From assembly GCF_009914755.1 (NCBI RefSeq), contig NC_060936.1: a DNA stretch of 64,000 nt; one strand, written 5' to 3'. The notes below the pieces were generated by a model, which made no database searches, was not told the origin of the DNA, and saw nothing but the letters and a program-made list of their open reading frames with translations. Below are positions 25,405-40,684 of this stretch, piece by piece. Made by a program: the position numbers and the translations under genes. The first letter of the stretch is position 1, and each line of letters opens with the position of its first letter. The stretch is from the human T2T-CHM13v2.0 reference genome, Homo sapiens.

Positions 25405-26759
25405 ACCTTGGAGAAACCATGAAGGGAGCATCAGGGGTTAGTGACTTCATGGATTTGGGGAACATTTAAAACCAGGTTCTTCAGACCCAACATTCTAAAG
25501 CCTTGAAAAGGATAGGCATCAAAAGACACAATAGCAGGTAAAATTCGGGCGTTGTTGTAGATTTGGTATAAGGGAAGAATAGGTAGGGTGAATGAATATG
25601 GGGTTAGAGATTAGAGGTAGAACATGAAAACATGGGTTATTGTGAGAAAGGGGCAGGAGGTCACAGATTGGAGGAAGGGGCAGATTTTTTTTTAAGAGCC
25701 TAGGTTCTTCTCTCACCTCCACAAAGGGGAGGCGCTGAAGTCTGAGGCCACTCTACCAAAGTCAGACTGCACTCGCTGTCCACAGGAGACTGGAGACCCT
25801 GGTGCGCGGTGGACACAGGTCAAAGCAGAAGAGGGTGTGGGGCAGAACCCAGCAATGAACTGCAGAACGATAGACCAAGGTTTCTGGAAAGATGTTAAGT
25901 GTTTCCTCAGTGTAGTGTCAGTTAATCAGAGGAAATGGGACAACTGCGGCCTTCTGATCAGAGGGATATCTGCAGGTGGCGAGATGGTCCATGTGGCACC
26001 CCAGAGTATGTTCCGCGCGCGCAGGAGTGTCAGATCCAAGGAGAGTTCTCTCTGTTAGGTTTGAGAAAGAGTAGGAGGAAGAGGTGGAGGAGGAAAAGAG
26101 AGAAGAGACACTGAATCAGAGAGAAGCAGAGAGAGAATCTGAGGGAAATGATTTACATGCAAGAGAAAGTGAAACTGAAGTGTAACCACCCACCCAAACT
26201 GCAAAAGGCAACTTCTCTTGTCCACCCACTGGAGGAAACATCTCATCTTTCTCAGGCACCTGGCCTGGCAACACTCATCCTGCTCCCATAGCCTGTCCTG
26301 CCTCCCTTAGAAGGTAGGAACAACTGAGAAAGTGGGAGTGAAGGAGATTTAAATGACTTAAAGTGCTCCACAGCTACATATTATAATTTTCCCTATACTT
26401 ACACTGAACCTGTCCCTTTTGACCTATGCGTTAAGGAGTGAGAAGTAAAAAATCCTGTCCTTTAGGCCTTACTCTGCTTCTTTTCTGGGTTTCAGAGTCC
26501 TTAAATGTAAAATGAGGAAGTAAAAATAAACTGTCTTTAGGGTTCTTCCCAGTGTAATGTTTTATATTTCTAATAATACTATCATTTAATGAGTGAATAC
26601 TCTGCGAAAAATGACTAATATATCTTAACTTGAATCCTGAAAACAATCTCAAAAGTGGATATTGTGATCCATAGATGAATTAAGTAAGATTGTGTCTCTT
26701 TCTGACTTTTCCCACCCTGCAAACCTCTGTCTTCACAGATGAACCCCCAACCTGTTACA

Positions 26760-28071
26760 CAGTCATACATCACTTAGTGACGGGGACATGCTCTGAGAAA
26801 TGCGTCCTTGTGTGAACATCATAGAGTGCATTTACACAAACCCGGATGGTATAGCCTACTGCACGCCTTGGCTATATGATGCAATCTATTCCTCCTCGGC
26901 TTCAAATCTGGACAGCATGTTACTGTACTGAATGCTGTAGGCAATTGGAACATAGTGGGAAGTGTTTGTAGCTCTTAACACATCTTAACATAGAAACAGT
27001 ACAATAAAAATATAGTATAAGAGATAAAAAATGGTACACCTGTATAGGACACTTACCATGAATGTGGCTTGTAGAACTCGAAGTTGCTCTGGGTGAGTGA
27101 GTGAGTGGGTGCAGGTGACCGTGAAGGCCTAGGACATTACTGTACATCACTGTAGACTCTATAAACACTGGACACTTAAGCTACACTAAACTTACTTAAA
27201 AATATTTTTCTCTCTTCATTAATAAATTAACCTTAACTTACTGTAATTTTTTTATTTTATACAATTTTAAATTTTTGACTTTTTTGTTAATAACACTTAG
27301 CTGAAAACACACATTGTACAGCTGTACAAAAATATTTTATTTATATCCTTATTTGATAAGCTTTTTTAATTTTTAAATTATTTTATTTTACTTTTTAAAC
27401 TTTTTAAAAAAATTATGACACAAATACACACATTACTTTTGGCCCACACAGGGTCAAGATAATCAATATCACTGGCTTGCACCTCCACATCTTATCCCAC
27501 TGGAAGGTCTTCAGGGGCATGGAGCTGTCATCTCCCTATGAGGACGATGCCTTCTGGAAGAGGTTCTGAAGGACCTGCCTAAGGCTGCTTTACAGTTCAC
27601 TTTTTAAACAAGTAGAAGTAGTGCACTGTAAGACAACAATAAAAAGTATAGTGCAGTAAACACATAAACTACATAAACTATACATAACTATACATAAACT
27701 ATACATAAAAGTATAGTGCAGTTTAGTATATGTATAGGTACAGAGCACTATACATAAAAGTATAATGCAGTAAATACATAAACTACATACAAAAACTGTT
27801 ACTCCAGTAACAGTTGTTTATTATCATTATTAAATATGTACTATACGTAGATGTATGTACTCTACTTTTATATGACTGGCACGCAGTGTTTGTTTACACG
27901 AGCAATCAACACAAACATGCAAGTAAACGTGAGTAATGCATTGTGCTACCACATTACCATGGCTACGACGTCACTAGGTGATAGGAATTTTCCAGCTCCA
28001 TTATAATCTTACGAGACTGTGGTATATGCGGTCCATCCTTGATCAGAATATTGTTATGCAGCTCAAGACTG
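26760..28071 (+). mobile_element. Tigger3b/MER7-like (Golem) TcMar DNA transposon
   Basis: Starts cagtcatacatcacttagtgacgggg..ctgagaaatgcgtc; ends ttatgcagctcaagactg|ta; typical AT-rich interior. Confidence 0.85.
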
Positions 28072-28080
28072 TACTCCTAA

Positions 28081-28099
28081 TGACCACCAGGTGGCAGCC
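28081..28099 (+). promoter_or_regulatory. CTCF motif
   Basis: TGACCACCAGGTGGCAGCC fits the core CCASYAGRKGGCRS without mismatch. Confidence 0.7.
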
Positions 28100-28267
28100 T
28101 ATACCCATTCTTTAATCTCACAGTTACATAGGTGGAAATCTCAGATTAGCCCACTGCCCAGGAGGTTGTCTAACCCAGACTGATGAATTAACCCAATTAT
28201 GGAGTATCTGGACAACCCCTGTTTGTCTGATTTGTATCACAGGAGATTGAACGAATTTAGGAGCTGA

Positions 28268-28595
<328 letters not shown>

Positions 28596-28879
28596 AGATT
28601 GCTCATTTTAAATTAAACAGTTTTCAGGGTTGAATAGAATTTCAAAAGGTTAAGGAGTAAAAAGTAGTCTGTACTCACAGAGAGATTTGAGTGAGCATAA
28701 ATACCAAGATGGAAAAGTATAGGGTATGTTTGGGAAAAATCAAGTAGCTCAGCATGGCTATACTGTGAGTTGTGTTATGAGAAAGAGTGAGTGGAACCTA
28801 AGATAATTAACCTAAATTAAGTTTAGATCTAAGAAATCTTGAATACCATATTTTGGGTTATGAAATTTGTTTTAACTTT

Positions 28880-29760
28880 AACAGTTTTCCTTTGAAATAG
28901 AGAACTTCTGTACACCTGTCACTCTGACTTAAAATTGTTAATATTTTGCTTTATTATAATGTATTTTTTCCCAACATTTTGAGAATCAGTTGTAGATATT
29001 ATGCCCCTTTGCCTCTTAAAATTAAAGACAATAATTTTCATAACTATAGTATAATTATCAAAATTTTAAAAATAACATTGATACAATCATCTAGTTTACA
29101 GACTTTATTGTTTTCCAAATAATATGTAGGATCACACACTGCATATAGTTTTCATGTCTCTTTTGTCTCCTTAAATCTGAAATTCTTTCTCTACTTTTCT
29201 TTATCTTTCATGGAAATTGAATTTTTTTCCTTTCCAATTTTTGTTTTAGGTTCAGGGGTACATGTTACATGGGTAAATTGGGTGTTGCGGGGTTTGCTGT
29301 ACACATTCTTTCATCACCCAGGTAATGAGCATAGTACCTAATGGGTAGTTTTCTGATCCTCACCCTCCTCCCACTCATTACCCTCAAGTAGACCCAAAGT
29401 TGCTTCCTGCTTTGTGTCCATGGTGTACTTGATGTTGATATTTTTAAAGAGTATAGTCCTTCTATTCTGTAGAGCATCTCTCAATTTGATTTGTCTGCAG
29501 TTCATGTGATTCAATCTGCGTTAGACAATTTTGTCAGGATTACTACATGTGATGATGTCTCCCCAGTGCATCACATCAGGAAGTATGTAGTATCAGTTTT
29601 CCTATTATTGGTAATATAATGTGGTATTCTTTTTTTCCACTGTAAATTTATAATTTTCCTTTTTAAATTAAAAAGTACTTTTAAATATTTTCAAACTATG
29701 TCAATATCCTATTCCTTATTAAGCTTTCAACTCTCACCTACTAGTTTTGGTATTTTATCT
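28880..29760 (-). mobile_element. Old L1MC-like fragment with a nested L1P 3' piece (~29222-29425)
   Basis: Degenerate L1MC motifs; nested ggttcaggggtacatg...tcatcacccaggtaatgagcatagtacc L1P 3' end. Confidence 0.55.
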
Positions 29761-29878
29761 TCTTAAGAGTTGGGAGTCATCAAAAATATATTGAGCTGGA
29801 TAGGATAAAATCAGAACCATGTTTAGAAATGTCACCCTAGAAACTGTGAGTGTGTGATTTTACTATCTTCAACTCTGA

Positions 29879-30277
<399 letters not shown>

Positions 30278-30544
30278 TAACCTTGAGTCTAGCACATACG
30301 AATCTTGGTAGATTGGGGATGTCCTCCTATCAGGCCAGTGCAGCCCAGGCTCAGATCACACATTTTGGATGGATTTGTTCCTTTGGGCAGATTCCCTTGT
30401 GCAAGGAACAACCAGCACAATCATAAGTGCAGAGACCTAACAGCTCTGGATTAAATTTGGAAAACATTAGAATATGGGAGAAAAGAAACATACATTAAGC
30501 TCTTCCAACTCACCCATCTCTCTTCTGGTTGTTTCTCTGTACAT

Positions 30545-30690
30545 CCTCTCGTGTAAATCTCACAGCAACCCTTCAAGGCAGGCACTAGCATTCCAATTAT
30601 ACAGATGAAGAAACTGAGGTTCAGGAGTCTCTGTAGAAGGCCACGATTTAAAGCTTGATGTCTCTGATTCTGAAACCTATATGCATTATA
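30545..30690 (-). mobile_element. MIR fragment
   Basis: acagatgaagaaactgaggttcag antisense MIR core. Confidence 0.7.
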
Positions 30691-32079
30691 TACGCTACTT
30701 TATAATCCATTGATTGCAGTGACAATACTAACATTGGCTTGTCACTGACATACCAGCTTTTTAAATACACATTTTCCTCACATTCTCATGACAAGTTGTG
30801 GGAAATGGAGAGCAGATGCCAATTGTCTCATTTGACAGATGAAAATCAATGCCCACACAGCTAGTGGGAAAATCAAGCCTTTTGACTTTTAGTCAAGAGA
30901 TCTGTGTAATTTTATCATGTGCCCTTTTAGGGCACGTGTGGATTTAGAGGAGTGAGGGAGAAGAGATAAGGAGAGAAATCTGTAGGGGTGGAGGACATCA
31001 GCAGGAGGAAATCTGTACAATCAAGATGGTTTCCTGAACGTGAGCTGTGGGGCTGCCCAGTGATGCCCGCAGGCTTCAGGATGCAGGACACATCTGCACC
31101 CCTGGTTCCTCTTGCCAGAGCCCAGGAGATTGGCAGGAACCCTAGGGAAGACCCAGTTCTGGGTGCAGGGCAGATGCTGAGCAGCTGAGCAAGCAGAACT
31201 CTGCAGGCGGGCGTTGGGGGTTCTCCTCTAGCTAACTTGGGTTTCCAGAGGCCTGAGAGCACAGCTTCCATATCTTCCTCCTTTGGGAGGAGGAAAGCTG
31301 GCTTCTCTTGCCTCTGACTCCCAGTGGTTCTCAAGGCCCCAGTGGGAGGTATTTGCCTGGGAAAAACAGAGCTGAAAGAGCAACAGAACCTCAAAGTATG
31401 AAGGAAAAGGAGAAACTGGCTTCTCCTCTGCTTTTTCTTAGAAGACAAGAGGCAGTTAGGGTAGGGCCAGAATGATTTTGCGAGTCCTTGAAGGGGAGAG
31501 GAAAGGTTAAAAGCCACAGGGAAAATTAACTCTGAGGGTAAAGAAAAGGATCCCCAGTGTATCCCTACATGTCTACCTACTCTCTGCAATAACAGACAGA
31601 CATCTGAGTGGGACTGGCTTATGTTTGTCATAAAGAAAGATTTCTATGGATCTCCAAGATTTTCTGACAACGGGAGGGATGCGATGATGCCTGGAGGGGC
31701 CGTGTGTTCCATAGGGAGGCAGTGACTAGAGAATGGCCTGTCTGGGTTTGACTCCCTGATCTGTCATTAACCTGCTATTTGAATTTGGGCAAGTTACACA
31801 TCCTTGAAGCCTTCGCCTTCTCATGTAACACGAGACGATCATAGTGGCGACCTCAAAGTGATGTGCAAGTGAAATGAGGGAGTATGTAAAGCTTAGTATA
31901 TCATCTAGTACTTAAGAAAGGAGCAGAGACTTTAGCTGTTGTCACATTTGTCACTTACAGTGAAAGAGCATTGGGTTGAGGGTGAGGAAACCTGGTTTCT
32001 ATTTGTTTCTTTCTGTATATCCAGCTCTTTCCTCGGCAAACAATATCTTCTTCTTTTCCCCCATATGTCCTCTGGTAAA

Positions 32080-32450
32080 GAGACAGTATTGCATAAGATC
32101 CAAATTCTATTTTAACTTCTGATAGTAACTCACATTTTGAGCAAATGCAAATTACTTTACCACTCTGAGCCTCAGTTTCCCCATATATAAACGGAGAGGA
32201 TAATAGCTATTTGGAGTTGTGGATTATTAGCACAGTGTTTAGAGTCAGACAAGCCTGGATTTGAATCATACCTTCAAAACTTACTAGCTATGTGACTGTG
32301 GGCATTTTACTTAAAGTCTCTGAGCCTCAGTTTCCTCAATTGTTACATGAGGATTATAACACCTAACACTTTTGTTGAGCTTGGCAAGGACTACTTAAGA
32401 CAGTAAGTGTAAGCTGCTTAACCTAGAGCCCAGCTGAAAGTAAGTACCCT
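32080..32450 (+). mobile_element. Two tandem MIR fragments
   Basis: ctctgagcctcagtttcc twice; ttactagctatgtgactgtgggca. Confidence 0.75.
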
Positions 32451-33614
32451 GGCAGCAAATTTGTACCTGGTAGCTTTCCTGTATGAACGAATGAAATCAC
32501 CTAAGAAGTATTCTTTTAATCACATCTCTTCTGCCTGAAACAAAAAGGAGATAATACATGTGCAAATTTCATGTCTTCATTCTGCTTCCCCCATTTAGAT
32601 TGATCCTCTGAAAAAGTATCTAAGGATATTTGTCCCAAATTCAGCCATAACCTGCTCCAACATCCCCCATCTATTCCCTCCAGGGTAACTCACAAAGCCC
32701 ATCCATCAACTCTCAAGCTCACCTTTGTCATGCAGAGTGGACCAGCCTGGAGCTACGAATCCCCCTCCCCCAACACCCAACATCCCAACACACACACACA
32801 CACATATATATACTGCACACTAATTTCTCAAAAGCCAAATTAAAGTCACCGTCCATCCACTGCCAGAAGCCCCTTTCCTCTTCCTTACTCCCAAAGGAAT
32901 CCTCGCCCTCCATAGACATCACCCTCCCCCCAGCTCCATCCTCTATCACAGACACACACTGGTCACCATCCCACTTCTCCTCCCCTTCTCTATTGCTCAG
33001 TAATTATATTCTCCGCCTCCCAGTGTCATGCTAATATAAGCTCCTGGCACAGCTGCCCAGATTAAATTAGAGCCCAAACCAGCAGGCTGACTAATTATAT
33101 TTTCTGGGATGGAATTGTCTTCCCCCACCTTTGGGGTACAGGGCCAATAAAAAGTAAATGAGCACTGCCAATATTTGCAGAGGATATTTGACTCTTCTTG
33201 CCTGGGTGGTTTTGTCTTCCCCAACCAATCTGGGCCCTTGAATTAGATTACACCAGAATGGGAGAAGAGAGTTTTACTCAAATGACCCTTCTAAGTCCCA
33301 TCCATTGTCCTGCAGGCCAGCTCAGCTGGGCCTGACCACCACCATCAGGCCAAGGAAGAGAACATAGCATGAAACTCTTTCTCGTGAATGAGACTCTTCT
33401 GCTACCTTTGTGAGTCCCTCCCTTGTTCCCAGCACCAAAATCTTTCCTTCAGATACTCACTGCAACCTGTCCTGAAATGATTGTTGCTGAATTCTTTTTA
33501 CTTCTGTCTCATGTGAAAAAGAGTGTTGCTTCCCTTACAGAACACTGTTTCAAGGCTGATTCTTCAACTTTTACCTTTCCTTATTTATGGCTGGAACAAC
33601 ATAAAAGTTTCAAT

Positions 33615-34212
33615 TGTGAAAAGAAATATTTTAGACAAGTTAAGTTTAACAGAGTTTAATAGATTTTTTAATTAAATTTCTTTTTCTTTTTGCAGAGACA
33701 GGGTCTTGCTATCTTGTCCAGGCTGGTCTCAAAATCCTGGGCTCAAGCAATGCTCCTCCTTTGACCTCTCAAAATGCTGGAATTACAGGTGTGTGGCATT
33801 GTGCTGGCCAACAGAGTTTAATTGAACAAGAAAAAAAAAGATTCATGAATTGGGCAGCCCCCAGAATCACAGCAGATTCAGAGAGGCTCCAGGGATGCCT
33901 GGCGGTCAGAGTGAGTTTATGGACCAAAAAAGGAAAGTGATTTACATAAAACGGAAGTGATGTATGGAAATAGCTAGGCTGGTTACAGCTTGGCATTTTG
34001 CCTTACTTAAACATGGTTTAAACAACAGCCTGTGAATGGCTGGAGTATGGCTACTGGGATTGGCTGAGACTCAGCTTTTGTTACAGAAGTATACTCCTCA
34101 GTTAGATTTCCACCCTGCCTACCTACTAAGTTCGGTTATGGTTCATCCATAAGGACTTAAGTATGAAAGTACAGAAGCTTTCCAAGCCCAGGTTTTAGTT
34201 TGATGTAAAACA
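33615..34212 (-). mobile_element. MER57-family ERV1 solo LTR, interrupted by an Alu monomer
   Basis: Antisense MER57 motifs (tttaacagagtttaattg, gggcagcccc, aaaggaaagtga..cggaagtga, ggttacagcttggc..tgcctta, gattggctgagactc). Confidence 0.75.
33665..33809 (-). mobile_element. Alu monomer (FLAM-like)
   Basis: Single arm; TSD aacagagtttaat on both sides. Confidence 0.85.
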
Positions 34213-35141
34213 ATTTCCCTAGAGACAAGGTTTACTTAATTTCTTGATTCCACAAACATTTATTGCTCACTTGTCATATGCCACATACTGAGATGGGTAT
34301 TGAAACATGTAAAGGCATAATTCTTGCCTTCAGAAAGATCAGGACCTCATGATGGGTCTAAATGTGTGTAGATGTGCAGAAATCAAGAAATCTGTGCAAG
34401 GCGCAGTGGCAACACAAGAGGCTTGCAATAAGAATCAGAAAAGGCATCAATGACGAGGTGATTCTTGGTGAGGTTTTGAAAAATTGTTCAGAAGGCCAAT
34501 AAAATAAGGATAGGAATTCTGGGTAGAGAGAGAAAAGATATAGGGACAAGAAAGTCATAGCAATTTCATGACCTGCACGCATAAAGGATAAGACGAAAGG
34601 AGTAGCCAGAGATGGCCTTGAACAGCTGACGGATGTTTTACTTCTGGAGTTTTCTGGACCCCAAATTCATGTCCTCCTAACTGAGGGAGAGCAGATCTGC
34701 CTCTTAAAGGTCTGGGCAACCCCCGTTAGGGCCCTTTCTTTTGCCACCAACTTTCCTCTCAAATTTGCCTACAATGATCCCTCCCACAAATAATTGTTCC
34801 ATTTTTGTGTGACTACTTCCTTTGGAAGTGCATTTAAGGAAGAATCTGATATTTCAAAGCATTGAAGGAAAAATTTCTGGTAGTAGAATTTCTAAAAACA
34901 AAAGAAAACCTCTGACTGGATCTCTGATGTTCTTCCATATACTCAGCAACCTTCTCTGCCTCTTTATTCATTCATTTGATCATTTAGTGCCAAGTTTTCA
35001 GCACCTTACCAAGCACTGCTCTAGAGATGATCCAGGGTAGAAGAAAAGGAGAGTCTTTCCCCTGCAGGAACTCAGTCTAGAGAAAGAGAGACAGATGCAT
35101 AGATAATTAGAAGTTGCAATGAGAGCTCAGAGGAGGGGCAT

Positions 35142-35880
<739 letters not shown>

Positions 35881-37434
35881 GGCACCTAATTTTTCATAGG
35901 TGTATCAAGAATATTCTTAGAAGCAGGAATGATTGAAGTAAGTGTTTATTCCAGAGAGTCAAGTAAAAATGAACTAAAACAGTGATTTAGAGAGAAATGG
36001 TCCCATGGAGGAAATGACATGAGAAGAGACACGTGAGTGTATAGAAAAGGCACAAATAGACCAGGGCAGCATGAAGAACTTCCTGTAGCTGTAGTATACA
36101 GTATTCAAAAACAAAGTGGTGAATGTTGGGATGTGAGAAAGGCATGCAGATCAGATAGTTACGGGCTTGGTAGCTGTTTTATCCTGGTATCAGTTGAGAC
36201 CATTTCTTACTTATGGACTTGGGATTTACTGCCCTGACACCACTGAAAAGCAGGAGGCTGAGCAGTTAGTAAGTGTGATGTGGGAAAGGGGAAGTGGGAG
36301 ACAGCTCTGTCCTCAGTAGCTGCAGTGGTCCCCCTGCTCCCCTCCTTCCCTTCCAGAGTAGGCACAGCCATCATCACTGGACTTTCCTGTGAAATGTAAA
36401 TCCCATCAGAAAGAGACTCTGTTGTATTCATCCATATATTCTCAGCACAACAGCTGGCCCAGTGTACACACTGAATTTAGATTGGTCGAATGAATGAATA
36501 GATGGAAAAGTACATTTAGCTCAGCAAGACCCTGAGCAGGCCCTGCTGACCAAGTAATGCACCTAGGCGGATGCCATTTACGCATCCTGGTGCCTGCTTT
36601 ACTTCTCTTTGCTTCTCTGTCTTTAAGATTCCATCAGGGAAGGTCTTTCAAGTGATAAAGAAAGACTCGCAGAAGTCTCTAGTAATCTGTGTTTACTACA
36701 AGGCTATGTGGGGAAGTGAAATAGTACGGGAGTATACAGCAACAGAAGCCTGATTATTCCGAGTCCCAGGGATGCCAGGATGGTGAGCACAGAGAGGGAG
36801 AATGAGATAACTAAGGCACCAACCTGGACTCAAACTCACTTTCTGTGTATACTTAATATTGTTACTTCCCAAGAGAGGATCTGCTAAGTTCCTCTCACCA
36901 ACATCCAAAATGAAGCATTTCTACTGGCGAAAGTTTTGTCTTTGGCCTCTTCAGAGGGGTTTGGTCTCTACGTCAAAGCTACACAAGGTCTTCTCTGACC
37001 CTTAGCCCAGTCAGCTACACTGTTGGGCTTTAATTTTTACACAACACCTATATTATAATTTTAGAGAGAATGAACCACTGTTCTCAGAAAGGGACAGTAG
37101 ACCAAACAACTTATTTTAAGACCTCTCTTCAGAATAAACCACTGACTGTATCAGCATGATATAGGTCTGGAATTCCGTAGCCCGTGAGAATTTTTACACT
37201 TCCTAAACACATGCCTTATATGGACATATTTCTGTCTTTCATGCTGTCTTTCAAGCATTTCCTCACTCAGTTATCTGTCTCCCCAACCACTCTGAGCAAT
37301 GAGAAGATTATGAACCTTGCAGTCAGGCAGACAAGGGTTAGAGTCCTGCCATGGCATTTAATAAGTTTGCACATTGGGTGATTAATGTTCCTCTTAGCTC
37401 CTCAGTGTCCTTATCTGTTGTAAAAGATGCAATA

Positions 37435-37737
<303 letters not shown>

Positions 37738-38017
37738 TCATAATTTATATTGAGTATTAAATTAGAAAATGGTGTGAAATTAGCTGAAGACATGCCAATT
37801 TTCTTTCTCATTTCCTTAAGGGCAAAGATAATTTGTCGGAGTTCTTTGTAAGCATTTTCCTAGGACCTGTATCAGAGCAGGCACACGGTTTGCTTATTGA
37901 TGGACTAAATCAGTTTGAACATATGTCTGAAAGAACATAGCTTACAAGGCATAACAAACATTATAGCTACCGACAACAATGAGTCTGGGTCTGAAGTTCA
38001 AAATTGTAAGTGTTCCC

Positions 38018-38440
<423 letters not shown>

Positions 38441-39559
38441 TCATTAGCAGTTCCTCGTGTCCCTTTGCTGCTTTTTATGGCCAATTTTTTCTGTACTTGT
38501 ATCCACCCAACCAAAGGATGAGTTATCCAAGAGCAAGGTATGGAGAGGAGTAGAGAGGATTGGAGGGGAGGAAATCATCCAGGAGAAGGAAGAGAGCTGA
38601 TGGGAGAAGAGAGGCGGATTCTAGACAAAGACAGAGAAGGCAGAGTTCTACATCTTTTTTCTCATTTTAAGCCATTCTCCTTTCTCTTTTTTGCAGACTG
38701 ACTCTTCAAATAAATTATTTGACCTTCCGCTATGTCCTCTTGCCAGCATGTATATTCTATAACACATTTAATTCAATCGTTTCTACAGTGTCTTAAGCAT
38801 TTTAAAGTCATAAGCTCCTTGAGGCATAGGACAAAGATATTTGTTTTGAGTAAAGAATTCTCAACAATAACTTCTCCCTGGAAAAGAGAAAAGGATTTCT
38901 TTCATAACAGGAGGGATCTAGGACAAGCTGAAACCAAGGTAGAACATCTGACTGTTAAGTGTCAGGAGATTTTTTCCTAAGAACAGCTGTGAAATTTAAT
39001 TTTCAAGTTTGGATTTAAACATAAACAACATCGTTCAATTGGAAAGAAACTCATTAGTCCAATTCCTCCACTAGATCCCCAGTGCCTGGAGCAATGCCTG
39101 GGAATCATAAATACTTTGTAAACATTTCTGCAATGATGTCAGGTTGTCACATCAATAATGTGGGGATTGTCGAGATAACCAGAGTTCTGCTCAACATACG
39201 TAGTAAGTGTACTGTGTTTTGTGTTGCAGAGACTACACTGAGGAGTATGACAAGTTTTCAGCTTGAGAAGGGCTTGCATTCTGTAGGAGAAATGAACAAA
39301 CAGCATTAATGTTGATGATGCAACATGGAACAAGTGCTATGACAGAGATTAAAAAACAAGTGCTTGTTCATTTACTGGAAAGACAGAAGACCGATTCAGC
39401 CTGGAAAGAAAAATCCCTGAGAAGATGGTATGGACTAAACAAATAAATGGGATTTTAACAAATAAAGAATAAAAATTATTTTATTTTATAAAGGGAGGCA
39501 CAATAATCTAATCTGAATATGATTTGGATGTGAGTAAGGGTTGCAGGAGGTGAGTAAGG

Positions 39560-40330
39560 GTTGCAGGAGATGAGGGAGGGAGTATGTAGATATCTGGGGT
39601 AAAAGCATTTCTGGCTGAGAAGACAGCAAGTGCAAATGCCCTGAGACAGGATCAGGGCTTTTGAGGAATCACAAAAAAACCCAATGATCTTGGAATAGAA
39701 TGTGCAAGCCAAAGTGGGTCCAAGACCAGATCAGAGTGATGGGAAGGGGAGGGGGGCAGAATATGTAGAGCCTGGGATGTCATTGTAAGAACCTGGGCTT
39801 TTACTCTGAGTAAAATATGAAGTCATTAGAACTTTTGGAACTAAAAAGGGGCAGAACTGTCTCTCTCACTGCTGTGTTGAGAATAGAATGAAAGGATCAA
39901 GGACATAAGTCGGAAGACCAGTCAGGAGACTATGGCGGTATTCCAGGTAAAACATGATGTGTCTCAGACAAGGGTGGTGGCAAAACTAGTGGGATTCTTA
40001 AATTTTGGATGTGGGATCAATAAAAATGTGTTGATGGATTGGAAGCATAAGAGAAAGGGCACCCAGGAATGACCTTAAGTTCTTGGCCTGAGCAACGGGG
40101 GAAAGGAGGTTGCCAATAATAACTGAGAACCTGAAGCTTGGAGGAGGAGTGATACAGGGGACGAGCAGGAGCTCAGCTATAGACACGCTAAATTTGAGAT
40201 ACGTTTTAGTCATTGTTTGGTGATATCAGGTTGGCAATTGGATGTACTGGTCTAGAGTCCAGGGTGGGGTCTGGGCTGAAAATGCATACTTGGACATCAT
40301 CAATTTTTGACAAGATGGCTTTAGAGCATC
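39560..40330 (-). mobile_element. L2 fragment
   Basis: acagcaagtgcaaatgccctgag, gggcttttactctgagt, ttcttggcctgagcaac typical of antisense L2. Confidence 0.7.
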
Positions 40331-40684
40331 ATAATACACATTTAGTTGATTGTAGAAGGAATATAGAATTGTGATGCCAAAGTTTGTGGCTTGCTCCACC
40401 ATGATGAATTGCTTTCTAAATGATTTTAATGTTCTCTGTGTTATAATGATGTGGAATGTTTATTGGAATTGCACATTTGACCGTTAACTTACTTAAAGTG
40501 GTAAAACATTTTTACTCTAAAAATAAAAAATTAAAACAATCACACATAGCCTACTGCCTAAGTGATAATCATTGCTAAAAGTCTGCTATATTTCTTTCCC
40601 ATCTTTTTTCTTTGAGTGTTTCTAAATGTGAATTTTCTAAAAAGTCTAACAAAATAAGTTGTTGATAAGACAAAGCTGAGTTTT

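Noticed and set aside
25728-25785. REST/RE1 site
   Set aside because: Half-sites (ggcgctgaa and gctgtcc) are in the wrong order and ~35 bp apart
39530-39569. 20-bp tandem duplication (also a 13-bp one at 62830-62855)
   Set aside because: Ordinary slippage products with no evident motif consequence
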